Source: Azolla caroliniana
Taxonomy: Eukaryota > Plantae > Polypodiophyta
Assembly: GCA_043228905.1 (NCBI GenBank)
Contig: JBHGNT010000003.1
Location: 10,602,001 to 10,666,000 of the forward strand
Reading direction: 5' to 3'
Length of the DNA stretch: 64,000 nt
A program made the position numbers and the translations under genes. The notes beneath the pieces were generated by a model. The model made no database searches, had not been told where the DNA came from, and saw only the letters and a program-made list of their open reading frames with translations. Positions 14,160 through 25,299 of this stretch are shown one piece after another. The first letter of the stretch is position 1. The number at the start of each line of letters is the position of its first letter.

Positions 14160-14429
14160 CATATGTGTATGAGGTCAATACCTCATTTGACATATATTGA
14201 ATATGTGATTAATGTCGTATGCGCACGAGGTTAATACCTCAATTGTATATTACGCTCACATACATATGTTACGTATGTGTATGAGGTCAATACCTCAATT
14301 TCGTTGTAAATGATATGCGTTTGGTCTCGTATGCGTAAGAGGTCAATACCTCAATTGTGTATCACGATGAACCCTTATTTTTGGATGTTTCGTGTGCGTA
14401 GAAGGTATATGCCTCGATTACGTATCTCG
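14160..14429 (+). repeat. Array of five ~56-bp units with a conserved hairpin core in the chromovirus 5' leader
   Basis: GAGGT(C/T)AATACCTC at 14171, 14227, 14283 and 14339 (period 56), plus a degenerate AAGGTATATGCCTC at 14402; the sequence between cores is diverged. Confidence 0.88.
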
Positions 14430-15486
14430 ATTACATCATTTCAGGCTATTTGAAATAACGATTTGTTTAATATATGCATTACATATTGGATTGTATATAT
14501 GTGATAATATATACATATGTGTATATAAGTTATTATGCGATTTTAATATCGAATGTTTTCCTTTTTGGGGAAAGGATTTTGGTGGCTGTCCTCACATTTT
14601 TGTGAGAATGGCGTTGTCACCATCCCTTTTTTCAACAATTTTTTATTGTTCACATCCCCGTTGGTGACTTCGATTTTATTGCGTAAAGAAATGCCTATAG
14701 CCACAATGATGTTGAGAACGTAGGGCTTGACCCACTTGATGTGAGGTCGCTCTTATGACACACATATCCAACATCCCTCCCTCATTACATGGATAAGATG
14801 CCACCATGAGATCATTCTTACGAAAGGCATTCATAATGACGTAACCATGTGATGGGCCACATGGGCCTACTACGAAAAGAGGGCTCATTTGGCTTGACCA
14901 TTAGGTTGCACTTTGGTGTATGCCATCGTAATTATGAGACTTGAGGTTAGGTAACTTACCAACAAAGTTTGTGGTAAACGAGGGGGAAATAAGGACTCTT
15001 GACATTTATGTTTCTTTTAAAAAAACATATATGGGCAAATGCCTCGAATATCTCTTATACTCATTAAATATTAAACATTCAAGAAGAGCAACCTACATGG
15101 TTGGCTCAAGTGTTTAATGCATTTGTTCTCGAGGTCTCGAGTTTAAATATGACCAAGACCATACAACATCGTTGCTACATATGACTATAACACATATTTA
15201 GACTTGAGGTCTAAGTGCACTTCGGGGCCCTCGTAATGGGACTTAAAAAGCCAAAATCGATATAGAGATAAGGGAAAGACATTAATTTGTCACCCCCATG
15301 GTTTTTCAAACACCTTTGTGTTACCATAGTAACCTGATCTTGAACCTCATCTCATACGTCTAGAAGGGTATTGACGTGAGATCATGATATCGATTAATGT
15401 TTGCCCATGATATGTTTACATCACGACATGATGTTATGACTATTTGTCTGACCTTATCCTATTTCTTTGCCAGAAGTAATCATTCA

Positions 15487-18400
15487 ATGGCTCAAAATAA
15501 CGACCCGATTTCATACGCTCAAGCGGAAGGAACTCAAGGAAATCCTCTTGGACAAATGTCCATTGAGATGTATTTTTCACAAATAACCCAATACCTTAGT
15601 TTCACCACTCAACAGATGACCGAACTTCGGCAATCTCAAAGTGCTCTCGAGGCACGTGTCATTAGTTTACAACGTGAGACTAATAGACCTGATGAGCGAC
15701 ATGGTGAACCATCGTTTGTCGTTAAGCGATTTATGGGAGAAAAAAAAGAAAGAACCGAAGAAGCAATCTACACGTGGCTGGGCCGATGGGAGTCTCATTT
15801 TGAGCTCTATCCCATGCCAAATAGTACGAAGATTGCATATGTCGGCCAAGAACTAGGGGGTAAGGCTGCCGCCTGGTGGCGTGAGCTCCAAACATTGGGG
15901 AAATTGCCCAATACCTAGACATATTTAGTCAGAGTTTTCAAGGGCCAATTTTTGCAACCTCCCTCTCGAACCAAGGCAACCCAAGCTTTAATGAACCTCT
16001 CTAGCGGGAAATTTTCTTCGCTAGAAGACTATGTCCACCATGCTAGAACCGAAATCCAAAAATTGGGTCTAGAAGGGGACAATTGGTTAATAGCTTATTT
16101 TGTCAATGGCATCCCCAATTCGGACTATCACTGGATAGTGCACGATAAGGATCCAAAATCCTTCGAAGAGGCTATTCAAATAGTTCTTCGCTATCAACAC
16201 ACTTCGAAGAAGGACCACAACAAACCCAACGAAGCGTCCGAGACTAAGCAGTTGCAATTCGCTAGGAAAAGCAAGACACCCAACGAATTCATGGATCGCG
16301 ATTGTAAGCGACAACATCCTTTTTGCGTATTCTACAAAAAGAAGGTTCATACAAAAGAACAATGTCGAAAGCTCCAACGGAAAGAGCCCGACAGCAAAGC
16401 TAAAGCTGCACACCACAAAGGTCAAATTCCTAATGTCCTTTAGTTCTATACACATCATTTAAATAATTGTCAATGTTCTTTCCCTCACTATCGATTGGGT
16501 CCCAATGATTTACTACGTGCAAACGGGTATATCAATGGATCTCCCGTACAATTTTTATTTGATTCGGGAAGCTCACACAACTTTGTTAATACTTGTTTGG
16601 CTCAGATATGGGGAATCCAACCCACCGTAAGTGATCACACCTATACGGTGCACTTGGTTGATGGAAGAGTACAATACATCAACGGGGCGATTCATTCATT
16701 GGGAATTTCAATTGGCACTTATATAGAGGAAGTAGACTTCCATGTAATGAATCTTTGTACCACTGATGTAATACTGGCTTATCCCTAGTTCTATAATAAA
16801 AGCTCTTCTTTATCTATTGATTGGGTTCATCATTCAATAACATTTGTACTGAATGATTGTACTCATTTTATTCAATGCGTAAAAAAACAATCCCTCTCGA
16901 TTGTTTCCTCTCCATCAATATCTGAGTTGTCTTGTTCTACTCTATTTTATTGTGTACTTGATCTGGACATTCACATTTACAATATCCATGATGTCTTGGT
17001 TCAATTAACATGTTTTTAGCAACAACAACTTGATGAAATCTTAAATGATTTTCGTGATGTTTTTCCGAGTGAACTACGAGATGGGTTACCTCCTAAACGT
17101 AATATAGACCATCGTATAGATATTGTACCTGGCGTTGCACCAATAAGTATACCTCCTTATTGCTTAAGTCGATCCGAAGAGGATGAGGTATCTAAACAAC
17201 TCAAGGACTATTTACGAATGGGTTATATATGTTATAGTAAATCTCAATGGGGTGCACCAATTCTCTTGGTTAAGAAGAAAGAGGGCACATGGCGTATGTG
17301 TATTAATTACCGACACTTGAATAAAGTGACGATCAAGAATTCGTATCCATTGCCTCGGGTTGACAATCTAATTGACCGTCTTTAGGGAGCTCGATATTTT
17401 ATGAAACTTGATCTCCGTACTGGCTACCATCAACTTTGTATAAGTGAGGACGATGTTCCTACAACGACATTTCGTACGCGCTATGGCCATTATAAGTTTT
17501 TGGTTATGCCTTTTGGTTTGATCAATGCTCTGGCTATATTTCAACAAGAAATGAATGACATTTTCTGAGAACAACTTGGAAAATTTGTTGTTATTTTCTT
17601 GGATAATATTTTAGTTTATAGTCGTACATTACAAGAACATGCTAAACATGTCTGCTTTGTTTTACAAACATTGCTTGACAAACAGTTTTATGCGAAGATC
17701 TCAAAATGTGAGTTCTTCAAGAAATCAATTACCGAACGAGGAGTTGAAATTGATCCTTCTCGCATCGAGAAAATCAAGCTTTGGCCCACTCTTCAGAATA
17801 TTCGAGAAGTTCGATCATTCCTTGGTTTTGTCGGGTTTTTGCGAAAATCTCTTCGTAATTACTCCCAATTGACGATGCCGTTTACTGATCTTCTAAAAGG
17901 TCAAACGCGTAAGTCTACAAAACCTATTGTCTGGAATGCTACATTAGACCTCGCCTTTAAGGAACTCAAGGACCTGGTATGCAAGGCTACTTGACTTCTT
18001 TTACCTGATCCTTCAAAACCTTTTGAGCTTGAAACCGATGCAAGCGATTATGCTATAGGTGTTGTCTTATATCAAGATGGTAAACCAATAACATTCGAGA
18101 GTAAGAAACTTGATTCTGCTTAATATCAGTATACCGTTCAGGAAAAGGAGTTATTTGCAGTTATACATGCACTCAAAACATGTCACCATTATCTTTATGG
18201 ATATTGCTTTGTGGCAACTACGAACCATGAGTCCTTGAAATATTTTTGTGACCAACAAGACCTGAAAGGTCGTAAGGCATGATGGGCTGATCTCATCCAG
18301 GACTTTGATTTTTCCATACGATATCGTAAAGGTTCCATGAACACTGTCGCTGATGCACTAAGTAAGTTGCATCCGTGAAGTTAACATGCTTAACTTCACT

Positions 18401-19839
18401 GAAATAACATTAGATCTTTATGATCACCTTCGAGGAAAGTATCCTGATGACAATTATTTTGCGAAATATTGGGCAAGAGTTGAGTCTGGAACAGACACCA
18501 CCACATCCTCGAAGGAATACTTCCACATTGCTAACGGTCTAGTCTATCGTAATGGGAAGGTTTGTGTTCCAGATTTGCCTGAGGTCAAAAAGAGAATTCT
18601 TTTTTAATGCCATGATGCACCCTCAACAAGGCACCTTGGAATACATCGTACACTCGTTCTCATCTCCACTCAATTCTATTGGCCTAAGATGCGCCCTGAC
18701 ATACATAACTATGTGACTAAATGTCACCAATGTCGGGTTAACAAAGCTGAGCGACTTAAAGCCGCAGGGCTTTTACATCCCTTGGACATTCCCAATAATA
18801 GGTGGGAAAGTATATCCATGGATTTTATTGTTAGCCTTCCTCACACCCAAAAAGGCCATGATGCCATCTGGGTTGTGGTTGATATACTAACTAAAATGGC
18901 TAGATTTATTGCTACTAAAACCACGGTAACAGCTCCTGAATTGGCTTACCAATTCGTTGACGAGTTATTTCATTTTTATGGGTTACCGATGGATATCGTG
19001 AGTGATCGAGATCCAAAGTTTACTAGTGACTTCTGGACGCAAGTCTTTAAGAAATTAGAAACTACATTAAGCATGAGCTCCACGAAGCATCCTCAATCCG
19101 ATGGACAGACAGAATGAGTAAATCAAATTATTGAGGACATGCTTCGAGCACACGTTGGTGCAAAACCAACAAAATGGGAACGTTATCTCCCAATTTTGGA
19201 GTTTGCTTATAACAGCTCTAAGCATATGTCGACGGGATATATAGTCCTTTTATGTTGATGTATGGTTTTTAGCCAGGAGCCCCGATTGATGTTAATATTC
19301 ATCATGATGAGTTGCGAAGTACGCAAAACTTTCTTCGAGATATGCAAGATATGTTGCATATTGCACGAGATAATATAAAAACAGCTCAAGATAGAGCACG
19401 TTTTTATGCCTATCATCATAGGCAACCTCGTGTATTCAACCCTGGACAGAAGGTATTTTTATGTGTACCTCACAATTCTAAGACATTGTCTAAGGGTAAG
19501 TGCGCTAAGTTAGCCCCACGGTTTTGTGGACCTTTTACAGTTGTCAAACGCATTAGGTCATCAGTCTACCGTCTCACTCTTCCCGATGGTGTTGAAATTC
19601 ATCTAGTTTTTCATGTGAGTCGTCTAAAAGAACTTCTAGGTTCTGGCGAAAATACAGTTACAACTGAATCTCTGGTTACTTCTGAAGAATTATCTTCTAA
19701 ATCACATGTATTAGAAAGAATTCTCGATGCTAAAACAAAAAAATTACGTACTAAAGAAATCCGAGAATTTAAAATAAAATGGATGGATAAATCAATAAAA
19801 GATGCCACATGGGAAATGCAAAAATTCTCTCAGAACTAA
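15487..19839 (+). pseudogene. Chromovirus gag-pol with multiple stops and frameshifts
   Basis: ORF pieces 15397, 15952, 16495 and 17599 share one frame separated by stops; later pieces are shifted. Integrase WESISMDFI..IVSDRDPKFTSDFW..HPQSDGQTE; chromodomain ERILD..FKIKW..DATWE. Confidence 0.92.
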
Positions 19840-19889
19840 CTTCCCTAACTTTTCATTGCAAGAGTGCAATGTTTTAAAGAGGGGGAGTA

Positions 19890-20343
19890 TGTTATGGGCA
19901 TGACCATATAATATCTCGTGGTGAGAATTTACCGTAGTATTCTATACACGTGGATAAGTGTGAGGGTTAAACGAGAGTGTAAAGAAGGGGATGATTACTT
20001 TTAATCCTCGGGATTGAGACAACCTATTAGGCCAAGTGTGAACTTGCCTGGGGGCCTTGGGTATCGCTATAAATAAGAGGCCTAACTACCCTCATTTCAT
20101 CATGTTTTGACTATGTTGAGACTTTGTTCTTGTGGTGGGTCAACTCTTGTAGCGAGCACACTAGCACGAGGTACAACTCGATGCCATGGCAGTGGTATGA
20201 GACACCGATCGAGGCTCGAGTCCGTCTCGATCCCTTCGCTCGGGGGTGGTCGGGTGGATCGACACCCTTCTTTCTCTCTCTCCTTTCTATTTAGATCTAT
20301 CGTTTATCCTTATCTTTTCTTACATTAGTACATATCTCTAACA
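19890..20343 (+). repeat. 3' LTR of the chromovirus
   Basis: TGTTA...TAACA, preceded by PPT plus TA and followed by TSD CAATA. Confidence 0.93.
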
Positions 20344-21382
20344 CAATATGACCCTTGGAAGTGCAACACTCCAAGGTATGAATCGTGTTGAGCCCTTTGG
20401 GGAAAGTCGATTAATTGGTGGCATTGGGTCAAGACACAAGGGCGAGCCTTGCTTGGCTTGGCTTGGCATAGGGTTAAAGATCATGGTGGGTTAAATGTAA
20501 TGTGCTAGTTTATAGGATGAAGAAAGATAAGATCCATAATTGCAATTCAGATACTGTACATACATGTAATGTAACATATCATTCAAATACATATTCCTGG
20601 ATTTGAGTTCCCCTTTTCAGAACTCAGATACTACATACATACATTTGTATATATATGTACATATTCAGTGGTTTCTCATGATTTTGATTGAATATCCATC
20701 CATCCATCCATCCATCCATCCCTGGGCCTGGGTTCGAATTCTTCCTCTCGCTACAAAGGAGTGAATGCCAAGGGAGACTATGGATTACAGATATGTATGT
20801 ATGTATGTATGGCCAGCAGGGGAAAATGTTTCTGAATCCAAACCCTGCTGTAGCCTGTAGCCTGTAGCCTGTAAGTATGTATGTATGTACATATACACAC
20901 ACACCTCTGTTTATTTCTGCCCGACGAACTCTCTCTATCTTTGCTGACGTTGCTGCCATATTTTCCATCAAAAAGCTCAGCTTTCCAATAATGAAAGTAT
21001 ATATGTAAGCAGTGTTTCTGCCCACATTGGGTCACAGAGAAAACTCCATTTCAACAAGGATTTTGATGGAAAAGTTACAAATGGAGAGAGCAAAGACGAA
21101 GAAGAAGAAACTAAAGAAGATGAATCACCGAAGAGAAAAAGTACTCTTCATAACAATCTTAAAATGATTCATTTCGAGTATGTTTTGTGCCAAGAAGAAT
21201 TTGAAGGAAAGTTTGCAAAGGAAGAGAGCAAAAAAGAGAAAGAGGGAAAAGGCTGTCATGATCATAATTTCACAACGATTCAAGTAAAAGATGTGTTGTT
21301 TCGGCAAGAAGTGAAAGGAAAGTTTGAAAAGGAAGATGGCAAAGAATGAGAAAGGAATCAAAATGAGGCGAAGGTCATAAAC

Positions 21383-23932
21383 ATGACTAATTGTAGTGGT
21401 CCAAGAACCATTGACTTAAAAGTTGCTTTGCATTCTTTGGAAGAAGGCGTTTGGCCCCAGTCCACATTCGAAGAGGTTGCACGAATATCTCTTTGTCAAT
21501 GCACCAAAGACAGAAATAAAGCCTATGCATCCCGATTGTATGCAGTGTTGCATCGCGCTGGGCTGGATGTACATAAATCACTAGGAAACTATCTTGTCCC
21601 AATGCTAGTGGAAGTTGGACGCATATGTGATGCTCAAGTGGTCTTTGATAGGTTGGTCTATCGTAATGACTGGTCTTGGAATGCCCTTATCTCAGGTTAT
21701 GTCAAGTGTTTGAAACTACACCATGCTTTCTCTCTCTATGAAAAAATGCAAAAGGAATCAACAGTACACCCTAATGAGCATACATTCCTTCCCCTTCTAA
21801 AAGCTTGTGCAAACTCAAAAGATCTAGAGAAGGGCATCAAAATCCATGATGCAATTGGTAGAGTAGAACGGTTTAAGAGAAATATTTTCTTAGGCACTAC
21901 CTTGATTGATATGTACATGAAATGTGGTTCACTTTCCAAAGCACAGAAAATGTTTGATACTCTTCCAAAGAGAGATATTGTGTCTTGGAACGCACTGGTC
22001 ATGGGGTATGCTGATCATGGGCATGGTGAGGAGGCATTAAAATGCTTCGAAGACATGGAACATGAAGGATTCTGTCCGAACAACACTACATTTGTTGGAA
22101 TCTTGAAGGCTTGTGGAAGCATTGTAGCGATCAATAAGGGCCACGAGATTCATGCTCAAATAGATCAAAATGGATTGTTGGAAAAAGATATAGTTGTTGG
22201 CAATGCATTGATAGATATGTATGTGAAATGTGGTAGCATGAATAAAGCTGAAGAGGTATTTTCCAAGCTTCCATTTCGAGATGTGGTTGCTTGGACCACA
22301 TTGATTGCAGGGTATTCTGAACATGGCCAAGGTGAGAAAGCACTTGATTGCTTTGAGCACATGCAAATTGAAGGTGTTTCGCCTGATGCTATTGCATTTG
22401 TTTGTAGCTTGAAAGCTTGTAGTGATATAGGAGCTATTGATAAGGGCCAACAAATGCATGTGGAAATTGAAAGGAAGGGGATGTTGACTACAATTGATTT
22501 CATTGGTAGGACCTTGGTTGATATGTATGCCAAATGTGGCTTGGTTCAGAAAGCACAAGAAGTGTTTGATAGGCTGCCTGTTCATGATGTAGTTTCTTGG
22601 ACTGCCCTTATTGGTGGCTATATTGAATATGGACATGGTTTGAACGCGCTTAAGGCGTTTGAGCTAATGCAATTTGAAGCTATTTCCCCTGATGCAGTTA
22701 CATTTGTTTGTGCCTTAAAATCATGTGCTGGCATGAGAACTGTAGTAAAGGGCCAAGAAATACATGTGGAAGTAGAAAGAATGGGAATGTTGGAAAGCAA
22801 CCTTATTCTTGGAAATGCCTTAGTCGACATGTATGCTAAGTGTGGACTAATGGATCTAGCACAAGAGGTGTTTGATGAGCTTCTTGATCGAGACATAGTG
22901 ACTTGGAATGCATTGATCACTGGATATGTAGAACATGGGTATGAAGAGGAAGCAATAAACTGTTTTGATGAGATGGGGCTTGATCACATCTCTCCAAATT
23001 CCACCACATTCATATACACCTTGAAAGCATGTGGCAATATAGGAGCCATAGAGAAAGGTGAAGAGATACATACTGAGGTTGAAAGACAAGGGTTGCTTGA
23101 ACAAGACCTCATTGTTGGAAGTACCTTGGTGGACATGTATGCTAAATGTGGCTCCCTTCTGAAGGCACGACAAGTGTTCGATTTGCTTCCAATACATGAT
23201 GTTGTATCATGGAACCTATTGATTTCTGGATACACTGAGTATGAGCATGGTGAAGAAGCATTGCGATGTTTCGAGCAAATGAAAGTAAAAGGTGTCTCCC
23301 CCGATGCTGTGACATTTGTTTGTAGTTTGAAAGCATGTGGAAGCACTGGCGCTATGGAAAAAGGTGGAGAAATTCATAGTGAGATTGAAAGACAAGGGTT
23401 GATTGAAACAAATCTAGTTATCAGTAACACATTGATTGATATGTACTCGAAATGTGGTTTGCTTGCAAAAGCTCGAGGAGTATTTGACCTTCTTCCAGTT
23501 AGAGATGTGATCTCTTGGACGGCACTGATGGCTGGACATGCACAAATAGGAGAGTGTGAGTATGTAATCCATATGTTCGAACAAATGTTAAGAGGTGGTG
23601 TCAAACCAAATCCAGTTACTTTTATTGTACTTTTATGTGCCTGTAGTCGTAGAGGTTTGTTCACGAAAAGTCAATCATATTTCGAGGCGATGAATGAGGA
23701 ATATGGTATTTTTCCTGCCCGTCAACACCATAGTTGCATGGTGGATCTCTTTGGACGAGTCGGTGAATTAGACACTGCTATAGCAATGATTCAAAAATCA
23801 CCATATTGCCCTAATCTTGTGATGTGGCATAGTGTGTTAAATGCTTGCAAGAAGTGGGGAAATGTTAGGTGTGGACAACATGCCTTTGAGTGTGCAACAT
23901 TGGAAACTAAATATTCTAGTAGAAACGGTTAG
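21383..23932 (+). CDS. PLS-class pentatricopeptide repeat protein with short E extension and no DYW domain (probable organellar RNA-editing specificity factor)
   Basis: 849-aa ORF with repeated P-L-S triplets (LVDMYAKCG..A..VFD; DVVSW.ALI.GY; PDAVTFVCSLKAC), then HHSCMVDLFGRVG and MWHSVLNAC; no HxE/CxxC. True start uncertain. Confidence 0.93.
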   Translation: MTNCSGPRTIDLKVALHSLEEGVWPQSTFEEVARISLCQCTKDRNKAYASRLYAVLHRAGLDVHKSLGNYLVPMLVEVGRICDAQVVFDRLVYRNDWSWNALISGYVKCLKLHHAFSLYEKMQKESTVHPNEHTFLPLLKACANSKDLEKGIKIHDAIGRVERFKRNIFLGTTLIDMYMKCGSLSKAQKMFDTLPKRDIVSWNALVMGYADHGHGEEALKCFEDMEHEGFCPNNTTFVGILKACGSIVAINKGHEIHAQIDQNGLLEKDIVVGNALIDMYVKCGSMNKAEEVFSKLPFRDVVAWTTLIAGYSEHGQGEKALDCFEHMQIEGVSPDAIAFVCSLKACSDIGAIDKGQQMHVEIERKGMLTTIDFIGRTLVDMYAKCGLVQKAQEVFDRLPVHDVVSWTALIGGYIEYGHGLNALKAFELMQFEAISPDAVTFVCALKSCAGMRTVVKGQEIHVEVERMGMLESNLILGNALVDMYAKCGLMDLAQEVFDELLDRDIVTWNALITGYVEHGYEEEAINCFDEMGLDHISPNSTTFIYTLKACGNIGAIEKGEEIHTEVERQGLLEQDLIVGSTLVDMYAKCGSLLKARQVFDLLPIHDVVSWNLLISGYTEYEHGEEALRCFEQMKVKGVSPDAVTFVCSLKACGSTGAMEKGGEIHSEIERQGLIETNLVISNTLIDMYSKCGLLAKARGVFDLLPVRDVISWTALMAGHAQIGECEYVIHMFEQMLRGGVKPNPVTFIVLLCACSRRGLFTKSQSYFEAMNEEYGIFPARQHHSCMVDLFGRVGELDTAIAMIQKSPYCPNLVMWHSVLNACKKWGNVRCGQHAFECATLETKYSSRNG

Positions 23933-25299
23933 ACCAAATATCTGAAGCCTAAGGTATAATTTCCTTAGGGGGAAAATTGAAAAGGATTTGTTTTCATCTA
24001 CAAACCTTTAAAAACTAAACAAAAGTGAAGTTGTATAGCATGTCTTACATAAAAATTCAAGAAATAGATGTCCCCTCCAAGTCTTACTGGGTACGTACGT
24101 AAAAAGTGTATGCATATGGAACAAGAAGATTTATCACATATTGTTTATTACATTAAAGACAAACAATGACAGACATTGGATTGAAACTTCTCCATAATTA
24201 ATTGGAGCGTGATTATCCCATAGACTTTTAAGCAGAAGCAAAAACAGTTCAACTTGCCAATTACTTATCAACCCCCCAAGTTGTATTCTACCGAATTGAA
24301 CATTCAGAACCTATGTACACCAATGATAATTCGAAGTGTTTGTCATCATCAAGTACTTATGCAATACAGGTTTCAGTAATACTACAGTCACATAAAACTT
24401 GGGGAGCCTCGTATCTAGGCTTACGAAAAGTAAGTTCATGAATACTTGGTATTAGTTGCCTACATTACTTGCACTCTTGAAGCGCTCACATTTTCAGCTA
24501 CATTCCTTTGGCATCCTATACTGAGCTATATGGACACTGAACTAAAGGCAATGAGCTTCTGCTCCATATTGGTTATTTAGATCATCCCTACTAGCGCCCC
24601 CTTTAGGTTGATCACTTCTCTCATAACATTGGTGGGGGCATATTTATGCAGGCTTCATTTTTAATGTTTCTACTCTGACATACATATACTCTTTGTGGAG
24701 TTTTACCTCACTGTTGAGGTTTCCAAGCATTAATAGAATGCATTAAAAATATTGCATATGAATTGGAGAACAGAGGGTAAGGACCATAAGTAATCCCTTT
24801 TGTGATATCATGGTTGCAAATCTCCTTAAATAGTTTTCTGAGCCTGTTTTGTACAATAAAATGACAGTAATTGCGTAGAACCATAGTTGCAAATCTCCTT
24901 CAATAATTTTCCTAGTCTAATTGTACAAATAAATGATAGTATTTGCATTGAACCAAGACTTCTTCAACCTCTGCAATTGTGACTCCATTCTACATAATCC
25001 AAGCATTACTAATTCTTTTCTGCCAATCACATGTGCATGCATTTCAAGTCGTATTTCGTTTTTATAAAAATCTATGTTAGTAGTAGTTGTGGGATATCCC
25101 AAATATGAGCGTAAATCCAGCAAAAAAATGTTAAATGTACATGGTGTCATTAACAAATAGAGTGTTTGGGAGCACTTAAAGAATATCTTGAGAGTTGTCT
25201 AGCGGAAGATCATATAGGCCTAGACAATCATTGCATAGAGAGTGTAATTGACAAAAACGTAAAGAGCATGAACTTTATTGAGACTAGGTTGATTGAATA

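Larger units (their letters stand above)
13458..20343 (+). mobile_element. Full-length, inactivated Ty3/Gypsy chromovirus LTR retrotransposon
   Basis: LTRs 13458-13912 and 19890-20343 (about 30 differences counted by eye); TSD CAATA on both sides; degenerate tRNA-iMet PBS TGGTTTCAAAG at ~13915; PPT AAAGAGGGGGAG before the 3' LTR; order gag-PR(LFDSGSSHNF)-RT-RNH-INT-chromodomain. Confidence 0.95.

Noticed and set aside
14160-14429. Calling the array a true CRISPR
   Set aside because: Eukaryotic retroelement context, no cas genes, and alternate spacers are related to each other
13675-20328. Twin ORFs at 13675 and 20107, and the antisense ORF at 36192
   Set aside because: They lie inside LTR copies, have non-ATG starts and differ in stop position
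20725-20745. GGTTCGAATTC B-box as a tRNA gene
   Set aside because: No A box or cloverleaf nearby
24365-24610. Short AG...GT-bounded segments between the PPR genes
   Set aside because: No recognisable product or consistent frame; could be UTR introns but unsupported
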